From: Ophelia neglecta
Lineage: Eukaryota
Assembly: GCA_965285935.1 (NCBI GenBank)
Contig: OZ260661.1
Location: forward strand, 20,584,001 to 20,648,000
Length of the DNA: 64,000 bases
Direction: 5' to 3'
This document shows positions 13,201 through 26,849 of this stretch, piece after piece. Made by a program: the position numbers and the translations under genes. The notes under the pieces are model-generated. The model did no database searches, was not told the origin of the DNA, and was given only the letters and a program-made list of their open reading frames with translations. How positions within the stretch are numbered: position 1 is the stretch's first letter; each line of letters starts with the position of its first letter.

Positions 13201-15297
13201 TTCCTTATTCAAACAGGAGGGGCAGCTTGCCTACCATCACATCGTTGTGATTTAAACATCGAGAACAGAACTCTTTCGACCCAACCTATGTAACAGGTAT
13301 ATGTATGCCTGATCATGGGCACTGGACCATGGTCACAGCACCCCTACTAGATTGGCCAGAGGGATCCGCCCCTTAGCTTAATCGTTAGAGTGGAATGCAT
13401 GGAAAGCTAGATGTTTAAGAGCTTTAAGAAAAGAGTGGATGCCGGGCAGACAAATCACATTAAGAATCCTATCTTACTGCCTTAGTTCATAAACGCACAT
13501 AGGTATTTGAAATATATACTATGCATACCTTTATCCAATTGCTCACAATTAATTGACAGACCTGACAGCTGAGAAAAATAATCTAAATTTGAGTATGTGT
13601 CTTTTAGAGAGTCTAAAGAGCCTTCTTGATATAGGTTTCGTCTGCATATTGAGAGAGCTTTCTGTAGAGCGCTTTTTTTTATTTACCTCGACTTTCTGGA
13701 GAGCTTACAAAATGGTAAATGTAATAGGGAGCAAAACGAAATCAGGTAAATGAACATAAACTATAGCACACATGGCAAAAGGGGTTATACATTCGAAATG
13801 AAATGAACAATATATACAAATAGTATTAATGGAGTATAAACATGTTATTGTTGCACCAGGGTTCGAGAGGGCGTATATTTACTGCTGTCCAGGATTCCTA
13901 TTACTGTACCTGGTATAAATACATTGCAGAATAAGATGTCTTACACATGGCGAGTGTGAAGCGCTATTCAAAATTCTAGCACAGGGACGTTTTGTTGTAT
14001 CTGAAACAACTAATTCTCGGGAAATCACTACCCTTTCCCTCACCAGAACCTGACACATGAGTAGAAAGTGTGGGAGGTCGTCCTCCTCGGCCTCGCACAT
14101 CGGACCAAGGTTTATTCTGTTTTCGACGTATCTACGGGAATGCGTATATATGCCGGAAGTTCATGTGAGAAGTTTTTGTTATCGCTTGTCAGCCTCGAAC
14201 GTCCTGCATTGTGGAGGCATCATCCCATCAACCATGCCTGTGATATTCCAGGGAGACACATTATTGAAATCAGCAAGGGATGGGTTAGTCGTACATTCGA
14301 TGGCCCATTTCTGCTCCATTTTCTTCATGAAACTGACCGTGAGTGCTTTTTCCATTGCAGTTTTGGCGGGACTTCTCCGCTTTGAACCCATGAGAAGAGT
14401 GTGCGCTCCAGGTTGTATTTTTTGTAGGTATCCAGCAGGACCCCTACTGGACTATTGCCGTTATACTCTCCCGAGACTTCAGTTATAGAGGTAACGGGTA
14501 TGATCATTCTCTTGTAGATATTTGCACTCGGAAGCTCAAGAATGTTCCTCATGAGTTGAAGCCTTTTATGGTCTAGACACTGCCTGATTGATCCCCAGCC
14601 GATGGTGACTAACGATGCAGTGTTGGGGGTCTGGGTCCCAAGTCCTTGGAATCTCCTGGCTATTTCCGGGTGTACCGACTCTGCTATCTCCATCTGCTGC
14701 CTATTCAGATTCAGGAGTTCAAGTCCATATAAGAATCCCGGTACTACGACTGTCCAGTAGAGCTGACCGAGTGTCTTGGTGGTGATTTTACCAAACGATG
14801 TACCAACGCCCAGGGCGTTCACTTGTCTCCTTGCTTTAGCTGCCCGATCCTTAATGGCCACCGTCATGTGCTGTAAGGTCGAAGTCAAAGGGACGCCGAG
14901 GTGGGTTGCAGATGATGTCTCAGTGATCACTTCTTTCCCGAGCATTATCTTAGCGCTCCTTTCTTCGTTGGCATTACCGAATCTCAAGATTTCACATTTA
15001 GATGCATTGAAATCCAGTCTTCACTTCCGGCTGAATCCCAGAGCAAAGTTTCTACATTTGGTTATAGGTAACTGACAGTAAGGTAATGTCGTCCGCATAC
15101 CCAGGGCTTGTGACGTCAATGCCATGTAATAAGCAGGGACTTTCGGGGAATATAATGTTTCCTGCACAGGTTGTCAGCCTCTCAAACAGTTCATTGTAGA
15201 AGAATACAAAAAGCATCAGTGACAGCTTCCCTCCTTGGTGAAGGCCTTGTTGGACAGTAACCATTTGGATAATTTTCCGTCTATTTTCACAGCGCTT
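10298..15297. repeat. Direct duplicate of about 3165-7797 (upstream block plus LINE) with no FReD exons
   Basis: Colinear match from gcctgatattacttgc through the 36-bp array to LINE ...ttcacagcgctt. Confidence 0.9.
11055..12140. repeat. 36-bp CpG-rich tandem repeat, second array
   Basis: Same units as 3925-4645; longer array. Confidence 0.9.
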
Positions 15298-17290
15298 CGG
15301 AAGTCTGCATAGCATTTTCTGAGTAGGCTTTATAATTTCCCCCTGATTCCGACCCGGAAAACTTTGTATAAGAGGCCATCGGACCAAACAATGTCAAAAG
15401 CCTTACAACACACCAACAGGGCGACATGTACTGCTTTACCCTGGTGCACGAACTCCTCGATTGCCTGCCTTAAGAGCATCGTTGAGTGGATGTTAGAGCA
15501 TCCCTTGTGGTAAACTCCTTGTAGAGGGTGGATAATACTTTGATCGTTTGTCCATATTTTCTATAATTGTCCAAACAGAGCGGATCTTTTTTTACCGGCC
15601 TTCAAAATTGGTATTTTTACTCCTTTTCTAAAATACTCTGGTATATATTCAAGCCTTATAACAGAGTTTAGGAGAATAACAAGTATATTGATCACTATTG
15701 ATGCACCATATTTCAGGTGTTCTGCCGCGATGCCATCGTGACCGGAAGCGTTCCCTGGCTTTAGGTTTTTGACCACAATTGTCAACTCGTCCCGCCTGAC
15801 TGGAGTGCCAAGGATGGAGTCTTCTGCCTGGAGTGACTGTTCATCGAAGTCTTGGAGCTTTCCTTCAATGTGATGTTTTAAGGAGTCGTCGTAATCGTTG
15901 TCGTTATTGGGGACACTGTCCAAAAGGGTCCCAAGGTTATGGGAGAGGTTTTGTGTGTATCGAAGGGAGATTTCTAACAGTGATAGTTTATTCCAGTTTG
16001 GTATTTCCAGCTTCCGGCTTTCCACGGCGTTGGTCTCAGGCTTCTGGCAGGGAAGAGCAAAGCTTGATAGAATGGGCAAATGATCTGAGGTTATAATTAT
16101 ATCATCCTCAACTACCTTGCATCGTTTTACGAGCATACAAAGTTCGGCTGATACCAGGCAGTGGTCAATATAGGAGGTATACCCTTACTAGTAGTAACTT
16201 ACATACGTATATGAGGGGTCCGTACATTTGTCTGACAGATCAGGAACTAGACAATTCTCAATCATCATGTTTTTTAGGTACCTACTTTTTTCAGTTTCCT
16301 TAGTACAGCCTCGAGGTCCAAAGTACTGACCGAGCTGTACATTAAGGTCTCCTAGAACAATTACCGGACCTTGCTGACTACAGGTGGCGATTATCTCCTC
16401 CAAGATATCTGTCACGGAGATAAAACTAGTGTGTATACATTGGCTTTGAGGTAGGTATACAGCAGCACACTTATAGTGAGCATTTTGTCACCTGGATTTT
16501 AACTCCACTCATTTTATCAGAGGGTAGATCACATATTTCATGCGTATATTCAGCAATGTGCCTTAAGAACATCAGAGCTACGCCCCCATTACCTATAACT
16601 CGGCCAAATTTTCTTCCTTTAGAGTATTGCTAGATTTACATTCACATGAGAAGTTACTATCAATATTTTCTAGTTTATGTAACTCATGGGGATAGAGGAA
16701 ATCTTCAGACAATGCTAATAAATCACAGGTATCTAACAAGTAGTTAACGTATTCCTTGAAACCGGCAAGTCCTCGGCAATACCACTGGCCAACAGTTAGA
16801 TAAATCACGTTACAACCTCGAGGCGCTCGGTCAGTATCTGCTGTGTTCATTATGGTTACGGGAGTTAGTTTGTTCGTTCCAGCGATCGCGACTACTTCGT
16901 GACCGGGGTTCCCGCCAGTCAAAATCTCCGTGTTGTCCATCGTACCGCCTTTAGTATTCGCGGCTGTCCCATTGTCGTCACGTGACACCACTTGGCCAAA
17001 AATCTGGCGAGAGAACATGCTTTGCACAGCTTTTCGGTACAAAGATTTTACACCCGACTACATAGTCATTGCGTTTGTTCCGTATTATGCGGGCAGACAG
17101 AACATTTACGCTGTTTGCACGAGCGTGATCACGTTAGTCCCGAACACTGTCTTCATCTTTGTCTGCAATTTGTATCTCAATCTGCTGCATATACAGATAT
17201 GTGCCCTTCTCGTAGGGTCGGCCTTGAAGGCGTCTTTCTTGGCTTGGCTTCTGTTGCTGTTCTCTGAGAGCAGCATCGCGCTTGGCCTGA
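13830..17290 (-). mobile_element. Long decayed non-LTR retrotransposon (ORF1 C-terminus plus APE endonuclease, RT and CCHC), RTE-X/CR1-like
   Basis: ORF1 remnant RIIRNKRNDYVVGCKIFVP...PDFWPSGV (about 16970-17290). APE motifs LALSE, VLGDLN, IDHCLV, SDHLPI. RT motifs ASGHDGIAAEHLKYG, KAFDIVW, QGGKLS, YADD. Many stops and frameshifts. Clade is tentative. Confidence 0.9.
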
Positions 17291-17294
17291 TGGC

Positions 17295-17523
17295 GTTTTG
17301 TTGTCCAAGCTCTGAAGGTTAAAAGTCACTGGCATTATCTCAAATGTATCCACCTAACCATTTAGAACATTTACTGTCACTTTTTGAGTTTGTCCTTGCA
17401 GCTCCAATTCATATGCTATTTCTAAGTTTAAATATGTTCGAGTACTGGCATCGTCAAGGAGAGCATTAATTTTTTTATTGTCCTCGGGCCAGCTTTTAAT
17501 AGCACAGGCACAGTCCTAAGCGC
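17295..17523 (-). mobile_element. BEL/Pao LTR-retrotransposon aspartyl protease fragment
   Basis: Hand translation ALRTVPVLLKAGPRTIK/INALLDDASTRTYLNLEIAYELELQGQTQKVTVNVLNG*VDTFEIMPV, with one frameshift and one stop. Confidence 0.75.
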
Positions 17524-19634
17524 ACATGCTGCCCACTGCTGGCCGCCTATTATATTATTATATCCTTATCCTTGCCGGCATTTATTACTACTAGCCACAT
17601 ATTGATGCCACTAAAAAGATATCTGATACACTGCTCCCACAGTGAGTAGTGATACACATTTGACATTTGACTGACAGCGCTCGCCGCCCACATCAACACA
17701 ACTGGTGGTGACTGACAGGCTCCACGGCCGATAACAACAACTAACAACGGTTCTCACTTACAGGGGCAGCAAGCGATGACACTCGGTCAGTAGTGTGAAA
17801 ATAAAAGTAGTGAAATTATATGCTACAGAAACCTAAAGGCGCCGACATACAATTGGTGACAGATATACATACTTAAAAGAAGTAGTTAGGGGTTAAGAAG
17901 TTTCAAATTGATTGTATATTTTCCGCCCAATCTTTGCATCACGGGTGTTGTAGTGAAAAACCAATTCCCACCAGCCTACAGCTATTAGCCCTTACATTCG
18001 AGCAAATAGTTTAAACGAACAGATTCTGTGCACTCAATCCCGAAGAGGGAGGGGAGTTCCAGCAGGGGGCTAGCCGTAAATAAACATATTAAGATATTAA
18101 GTTCTCTTTAATTTCCTTTTTTGGGATATAATTATAATTGACACTTTTGTAGCCAAAGTGACTAAATCAGTCCTTGATAAAAGATATATATCCGATATTG
18201 ACAAATGCATGACTGACGCTTTTATATCTACTTTACGTGATTTATTGATATCCATCCACATGTGACATTTCAGTACAATTCTGCCTGCGCGGTTTTGAAG
18301 ACATTTGACACATATAAACAAAACAAATCGCCATATTGAATTATCGACAGTTCAATGGATGGTACTGCTAAGTCGATTTGGGACTCTCAGTATTTTGCTA
18401 ACACTAATTTTTTACCAAGTGACCCTTTGACGTGCGGCCATGAAAAACAACACGTTTAGAGGTGTGTGAATACACTATTCAGATTGCAATTAACGCTCAC
18501 AAGGTCGAATATAGATGAAGCTCCATCCAAATTAAAACAAAAAACTTTCATCGTGATAAAATACGAGAGAAATATCACTACTATCTCATGTTCAGGTAAA
18601 TGTTCATATATGTATTCTTATAAATAAGGGTTTTGAATATGATTTTTTTTGTGTGATTTTCTTGTGTTCTTGTTCTTAAAGTAATTTATATCCAAAGCAT
18701 TTACATAAGATTTGTATTGTAGGCTTGTAATATTGACGTTAAGCCAAAGCGTTTATTGCTGTGTCACCTTATTCTGCTATTTTTATTTCCCAAAATATTC
18801 CAATCAATAGGCCCGAATTTCTACAGGCCCCGCAGCTAAAAATTACCTCTCATGGGGGCAGTCTTTAACACATTGCCCTTTCTGTCACAAGTCACAAGCA
18901 TTTATCTAAACTGATACCGGTCTAGTAAATAAACCGATTGGATAGTTCTACTTCCTTACCATATTGTTACTAAAACACTACATGGCACATTTTGGCACAT
19001 GGATTTTGATGAATTTATATATCGGTCATGAGGGATCAGCCAGCACACTAACAATTAGTGGCATCGTTTAAATAACGTGTGGCTAACATACATTAAAACT
19101 TCGTCTCTTTTGTTTTCTGCCGAGGTAAACCAACATGTAATAAATCGGATTGGATGGTTATACCACAATTGGTTGGCTAAACTATAGTACCGTATTCTTT
19201 TCTGGTAAAAAAAACCAAGCACAGAAATATGAACAGAAAAGGTAACTTTATTTCCGTAGAAACTAGTATAAGCAAACACAACATTTAAAAAATTTCAATA
19301 ACTCCTATTTGTTATGTACGAATTATGAATAACTCTATGATCAATTGCAGATTTTGAAAGACAATTTCCAGCTATATCAAATTATTTCCAATTTTTTTTG
19401 GTGGATTGGCTGTGCAGTCTTTGGGATATTTTGGAGATGTATGACCCTGGCATTGATAAGTGCCACCACGATGGACACGTCTAACAGCTCAAACCTGCTT
19501 TTGGTCTTTTCTCTGATATGCAATAGAGTTAGGCATTGCGGATTGTGGTGCTGAAGATTTCATATGGAGATGGGGATTGAAGATTGTGGGCCTGAAGATG
19601 GAGGACTGCAGGCCTGGAGCTGGAGGGTCCTGGA

Positions 19635-19874
19635 GGGCCCTGATTCTAGAAGCGGTCCTAAGTCTGGCCATTCAATGGGCCTATGACAGATTAGCTGAGA
19701 CCACATTAATCAGTGGTGCTCATGACCAGGATTATGTTTAAGAACAAAATGCCTAGGTTTAAGACCAAATCCTGCTTCCAGAAACCCCGATTAGTAAGTT
19801 AAGACCGATTAAGTATTTGAATCCTGTTGTATATCCGACTTAAGAGTATTAAGCTCTACCTGAGACCAGGGCCC
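19635..19874. mobile_element. Possible PIF/Harbinger-like MITE (mirror at 52612-52851)
   Basis: Imperfect terminal inverted repeats GGGCCCTGATTCT...AGACCAGGGCCC around 240 bp of non-coding DNA. Confidence 0.35.
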
Positions 19875-22800
19875 TGGTGATTTCGGATTTACGTATCAGA
19901 TTATTCATGATTGATGGGTTTGACTAATCGGCCCGCTACCGCTCCCCCTGAGAGGGAATGCTATTACTTTTCTCCTTTATATATGCATACACTACACCAG
20001 GCGTAGTTCCCATTTGCCTGCTGCAACCTTATTATCTTTGATACCCAGACCTTTAGCCAAAATGGAGTTTTTATATTAAGGAATACTTTTAACGCAAAAG
20101 TCACCATTGTCCTCATTTCCTGCTTCAGAGTAAATGCCTGCGGGCCTAAGTTTTATTTTTTTACGATTCTCTCAATCTTACGGTATTTTTTTCTGCCTGA
20201 TTGTCAGGGAAACCATTTAGAAGGGAGGCAGGCTTCTACCAATATCCGGCATCTAGACTAAAAGGTGGGGTCATTTAGTACAGTTGGCAGGATGGGTGTT
20301 ATGCACGACGTCTCCGGTCAAACAATTCGTTTTCACTCAGTAGGCGCCACGTCTTAAATGAGCAAAGCTTGCGAGCAAACTGTGCATACCTTCAGCATAG
20401 GTATATAAAGAAATATGGTTCCTATAATAAGCGGAGCATGTAATATGACGAGCATGCTTTTTCGCTAACAGTTGGAAAAAACATTACATGGTACACCAAG
20501 TAGTAAATTATATGAATGAATGTTAAATCTGAGCTCATTGATTCTAGGCTGACTTCAAAAGAAGACAAATACACCCATAATAGATACCTTCATTCATTCA
20601 AATGCTCCAGAAAAAAACGAGAGAATAAATCCGGTCGAAAATCCAAAAAGCAGTCTTATAACATCTTTTTTATTCCCATTTTCTCTTTCTTTTGAACATT
20701 CACGCAAATGACACCCATCAGAATCAATAATCATCAATGATACATTATCTATCAAATTGATCTGACTCCGCGAGGAGCCGACTGCGAAATTACCGACAAG
20801 CAGCTTCTTCATTCAAATAAAATTGCATATAGAAAATGCCATCTCAATGAAAAGAAGACCCGTTTTTCAAACAATATTTAATTATAATTGCCCACTTTTC
20901 TATTGAGCAGTCCCAGATCGTTCATTGCCTATCAAGATTTTCCACACTACCACTCCCACAGTCATCATCCTAATCGATGAGTCCGCCTAAAAGCCACCCT
21001 GAGTATTAATATATATAGCATTCCTTTTTACAGGTGTCTGGATTATTGGCTCCAAGGGGTACATTAGCTGTTCATATATCCACCGAAAGACTGCTTACTC
21101 CGTACTACCAGGGAGGTAATGACCAGAAGATATACCAAGTGAGCCTGTAAATTAAACTTAATCATCGAACCTCGTTCTAAAGGATTAATAAGCCAAAATG
21201 GGCTGACATCTCTTTTTATTATGAATGTTACGCCAACCACCATAAGAGTTCTTCATTTAAATGTCATTATTAGTTTACAAATCAATCCCGAAAGGAAAAA
21301 AGAGTTTGTCGCAAAAAAAAGCAATAACAAATAAACCAGGTAGGTGTGGGCAAGTATCGTGTTGCAAGTATAAACATTATTGAATGTCTACATCTCCTCA
21401 AACCAGGCCTTACTCCCATTACTCGCCATTGAGGGAAAGCATTAGGTGTGGTTAGTACACCCATAGGTTCATGTTGAAAGGCAATTCAACTTGATACGAT
21501 GGAATCAGTGTTGAAACTACATTTCAAGCTTGACCAAATATGGGTGGATAACAAACGTATGGGTCCCCTCGACATGAATTAAGTTCGAACAATTGTTTAA
21601 GAGCGTGAATAGCAATTTTGCTTAAAAGTATAACTTAGTTACAACCATATTTACAGTTAGGCAACAGGGAGATGCTAGTTGCTAGCTTGCAGCATGTGGT
21701 TCCCGGTGATGTAAATAGACTCTTCTTGATTTATGATTTTCGCTCGGTCCGCCGGACACCCACTCTCGATGGTTTCTTACAGTGGTTACCCGTGTGAGCA
21801 CAGAATAGATAAGTCGGTAATTGCCAACTCCGCCAGACACTGGCTTTTAACTTCTGGGATTCTCCCCTAGCGGTATTTGCTTACAATGTTGCTTGAAGCT
21901 CAGGACTATTTGCATCTTAGCAATTGTTTAGTTTGAGCATTAAATGGAATTGCTAGGGCAATGTCAAGGAAAATCACTCCCTTATATATTTGATTTTTAT
22001 TAAATATCATTGTTGCGGCAATACCAGTACTATTGTAACCAAGAGTGATTGAAAGGGCATGCTGAAAGCCTACATCAATAACGCATGGCCACTCTATGGA
22101 TCGTTCAATAACGGAACCGGAATCATGACAGGATAATTCATGGTAGGACTTTGTACTGTATAACTCTATTCTTGGTGGTTCATGGTTGTTATCAAAGATG
22201 TGTATTTCGAACTTGGACTTACTTTTAGGTATGCGAAATGAAAGAATAAATGCCATGTTCTTTTTACCAATCAGTTAATAGTTTCAATAATTTATAGAAT
22301 TTGGGATACTACTTCTGTTATGAATTGATACTTTTTGGCAGGCCATTATGGTCATTACACTACTACTGCACTTTGCATTCTATCCACGTCAGTTTTAGTC
22401 ATTACTGGTTGCAAATTGATAGTAGCAATGAGGCTATTTTGGTTAATGCTTAATTCCGAGATCAGGCAAGCCGAAATTGATGGCCGGTAATTCTGAACAG
22501 AAGCCTGTTCCACAGCAAACAAGAGTGGGCTAAAGAAGATTGGATATTAAGGAAGTTTGGAGATGTGGGGGCAAGGCTGCCGCGAAGGTATTTTACATTT
22601 CTGGAGGGCATGAAACCAAATGTCTACAAATGGATTAGGTGGCGGAGGGTAGGCGCAGGCTTAGCGGAGGCTAGGCGGCTCGTCTAGGCGCAGGCTAGGT
22701 GGATATTTGTTTAATTATTTATCTTATATTGTGTCATGTAACAACTGTTGCACTGACATAAACCGCATATTTTTGTTTATTTATAACCAATAGGGCGTGT

Positions 22801-23384
22801 AAATGATGTCGTCGAAAAGTCTTATATGATGTTATACATCAAAACAGTCAGATCCAGATATAGGAATTTTGCCTTAGGATCAAATAAAATCTGTCACAGC
22901 ATCTTTACTAAGTACCAGAACCATATTATACTCACATTACTCACACGGGTGGGCTTGAACAAGTTAAGACATTTGATCATATTGTTAGATTGCATAGACC
23001 GTCCTTTTTTTTCAAATTATTGAAAACGTAATTTTCCAAGCCTTGATTGGCCTTCGATTGTACCCAGACGACATTATTAAAATGTGTTTCATTTTGTGTT
23101 ACGACCAACTTACACACTCTATCGAACCTCAAGTCCCGACAACTGGCCACTATCAAATATGCATAAACACCTTGATGCCTAAAACGCATGAAGAAAGCCC
23201 ATGCATTATTGCAATACACGATGAAGGGGGATTTTTAGAAAGTCTATACGCAGATGTTTACCATAACCGAGATTGTTTCAGTGTAATTGTTTCGAAGATA
23301 ATAATATCGAACTATTAGATATATCCCCCCCCCCTACACGACACTCTAACTGAGACACTTGCCCAACCAGGGACCCCTACTCGT

Positions 23385-23417
23385 AGTAGGGTCATTCTCA
23401 GTGAGAATGACCCTACT
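23385..23417. repeat. Perfect palindrome, 16-bp arms with 1-nt loop
   Basis: AGTAGGGTCATTCTCA-G-TGAGAATGACCCTACT. Imperfect mirror copy at about 48433-48465. Confidence 0.9.
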
Positions 23418-23967
23418 TGGGACACTTACTTCCCTCTTACAGAGAGACAATCCTTAACCTTACCCCCTTCCTCATTATAAGGCACAAGCAACATGAAACA
23501 TGATCATTTTATCATCTTAAATGATAAATTAAAAAACAGTTTAGGTGCCAAATGAACTTTATTTCCCGAAGGAAAGTACACAAATAACCTTGAGGTAAGA
23601 TTGATACTGACTCGATGTTTTTCCGAAATTTCAGATCAGTCAAAGCCTTTACACAAAGAAGTAAAAGGAAATGGGAATTCTACATTTAATCAAATCGAAA
23701 AGGAATCCAATTCTTTTTCCATATGGTAAACGAGTTGAACAAATGCTTTGATGTGTATATTTAACAATATATATCTTTAGTAATGAGGAAGCTAATAATT
23801 GTATTTCGAAAGCTATTGGTTAAATTTACAGTTATACAGAGCAATTTGAGAATGTTTTAATTAAAATGGAAAAAGCGCATCCAGCCTTTTGGTGTTTAAG
23901 AGTGACTTTCAATCCACCCAAAAATTGATTATATCAATTAGATTATTAAAACGAGTGCTGTTGGAAT

Positions 23968-25010
23968 CTAAGCAGGCTGTACTGTGAGAGTCACAGCTTT
24001 TAATGCAGCGTGGTTATTATAAGCCCCATACCAAAACATGCCGTGTACGGATGTATATCCGTCGGGTTTGTACAGACCTGTAGGGTGGACCCAAGAGTCA
24101 CCATCATACCACCAACCTCCTGTAATTTCTTTGGCTATGTTTTCAGAGTGATCATCATTGTCGCGGTCTCGGGTGGAGAACATAGCGCCGTTAGCGTTCT
24201 TAAAGGAATCCGAAGTAGAGGTAGAGGCAGTTTTGTAGCCAAACACGGTCAGCCGTTATTTCAAATCTTCACCAGCCACACTAAAGTGGGAGTACTCGGC
24301 ATACTTCTTTTCCCCATTCCAGGCTGTTAGGTCTACACGGAGCTTAAAGCCCCCTTTGCCGGTGATTCGATGAAGTTTCTCTTACCCCAGCCAAAAGTTT
24401 GCCTTGGGATCTCCAAATCAATTCCGGTAGTCGGTCCACCCTTTGTTGAAGTCCATGCTGGAGTCCTGACGGTGAAAGAAGACGAATTCCGTGACGGGTA
24501 TCAGTGTGAGTGTGGTGGCTTTAAATCCACGATAGTCATTATAGGCGCTGTACCACTTTATTCCACCATCGTTCGGCCCTGTTCCATAAAGACCTGTTAA
24601 TTGTGCAAAGAAGCAGTTAGTGTACCACCAGCCAGCCTCCCAGGTACGGGCACAGTTCCCACTCCACTGGTCGTTGTCCTTGTCGGGGTGGATAACTTGG
24701 CGCCGTTATGGTGTGTCAAACTATCTCCAGCTGTGGAGTAGGAGTCATACCCGGAAACAGAAATCTTATACATCTCGGTCTCACTGGCGACAGAAAACGT
24801 CGAGTAAAGGGCCCACTTCTTCTCTCCCGACCAATCAGTTAGATCCACTCGGAGTTTGTACCGACCTTTGCTTGTCAATTCGTGTAGTTTCTCAAGACCA
24901 ATCCATAAATCTCCCTGAGGGTCACCAAAACCGACCTTATAGTCGACCCATTTTCGGTTGAATACTTGGGTCACATCCTGGCGCCTCAGAACGATAGTAT
25001 TTGATGACGC
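23968..25010 (-). pseudogene. Tandem FReD gene copy 2, pseudogene
   Basis: 1043 nt vs 1044 in copy 3. One-base deletion in the G-run at about 24685. In-frame stops at 24418-24420 (TGA), 24382-24384 (TAA) and 24256-24258 (TAA). Signal-peptide exon removed by a deletion joined at about 25157. Confidence 0.92.
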
Positions 25011-26849
25011 CTGGAAATATAATTAACTTCAGAAAAAATTCAGAAAACCCGACTCCACTGCCGTAAGGTGAAGCCATAAATCAACAGTTGGTCAGCTCAA
25101 TTCAAATGTTATTATACTATAAACAGCGCAATAAATCGCTATTTAGCAATTTGTGTCTATATTAGCTTTTGACTCACAGAACTATGAATGTCCTGGTCAT
25201 GTGATACCATCATCACGGGTGAATATAATTAGGGAGCTTATCAACTGTTTAATTACTGTTGAATTGACTAAGAAGATTAACAGCTGGCTTTGACTATGGC
25301 CAACGTTCCAAAATTGATTATATATTCTCGGGGCTAACGGAGACATACAATAATTTATGTGAAAATGACAGAGTATGTTATATAACAATCTTGGCAGAAG
25401 TTTGTTTTGATGCATTCACTAAAATACCATTTTAGATATAATTCAACCCGGGTTTCCAAAATGTTGAACTTAAATATTGTCAGTTTTTTATGATTATTAA
25501 GTAGAAAGCAAAGGGGGCACATGGATATACCAATTGTCGTGGGACAATTTCGGACAACGAAACAAAAGACACTAGGCATTAAGGAGTAAATATCAATTAA
25601 AATTCGTTTTAATTCAAAAGAGAAATTTAACCTTAAACAACGACCGAATATAAGTACATAGCAATAGTGTTTTTAAGGCGGCCATGCATTATATATATCC
25701 GGCCTGAGACAAATGATGATTACCATATTAAATCTTCATTCCCTAACTCAGTAGGAATACCAACCATAAGAAACAGCATTCGTATGAAATGGACAATTAA
25801 AAGTTAAAAAATGAAATATATAACAAATTTGCGAACCTTTTTTGTCTGTTTCACTGTCCAACTGTTTTAAATATCGCTCGTCAAAAATGGTGCAAGTATA
25901 AAGTAAATGACACCTACCTCTGATGTCGAATTGCCTTCAATAATGAGCACAGCACGATTCTAGACTTCGTCCTCTCTTAACTGAAGTTGTTCAGAGTGTG
26001 CATCCTGAGGCTAAAGAGAGTCACTATATAGCTGAAATAACACCTGACACTCAATGAAAGAGATATTTGATTAAAGGCATGATAGCTGAATTTAAATGTT
26101 ATGGAGCAGACATGACCAGACACAAACTGATTTGAATCATGATGAATTGCCGTTGCCTGATATTACTTGCAATGATGCTCACACGAGTATTAGTGGCAAA
26201 CACACGGCGTTGTCAGATCGGCTGCAATAGGATCAACGCTGTCAGATTGACGGTTCAAATGCTAGCTTCCAATTCCGGGTTTGGAAAGCGTGTAAATTGT
26301 ATGAAAGGAGACACAGCTGGTTTGGCCTGGTCTCCCGGTATAGTTAGGGTTTATATTCCTGAATGCCGCGGTAATACAAAACAAAAGTCTTTACTCATGT
26401 TTCTCAACAAAATATATTTGTAAATGACAGATATAAAATGAGCACCTAGCTGACCGGCCAGGTGCATGTGCAATACCAATTTTATTGTGGACCCGAAAAT
26501 CCTACCATATTCCATTGATATACTGAGAGCCACACTTAAATATATGTCATGGTGCTTATGGTTGACCCTGCGCTGCATGACCCGGACAAAGAAAAAGAGC
26601 TTCCTGGGCTTAATGTTACAAGGCTGTAATCTATAGTCTGTGTGTTTGATGCACGTGTGTCTTTCATGGCGACGCCTGAAGAAAGAAGGTGGCTAGATTC
26701 CCGCCATGTCTATATGCTAGTACATGTCTGTAAGTGAGGACAGCGCAACTCTGTAAAATACCGTCTTCTCAGTCTTCTGATGGGCCCTATGTGGCTTTAC
26801 TCACAAAAAGGCTTCATTATTGGTCGTTGTTTGGATGAACTAGTCGCTA

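Noticed and set aside
19055-19671. Short ORFs conserved with 52815-53431
   Set aside because: Conservation reflects near-identical duplicated DNA; there are no protein motifs or splice support.
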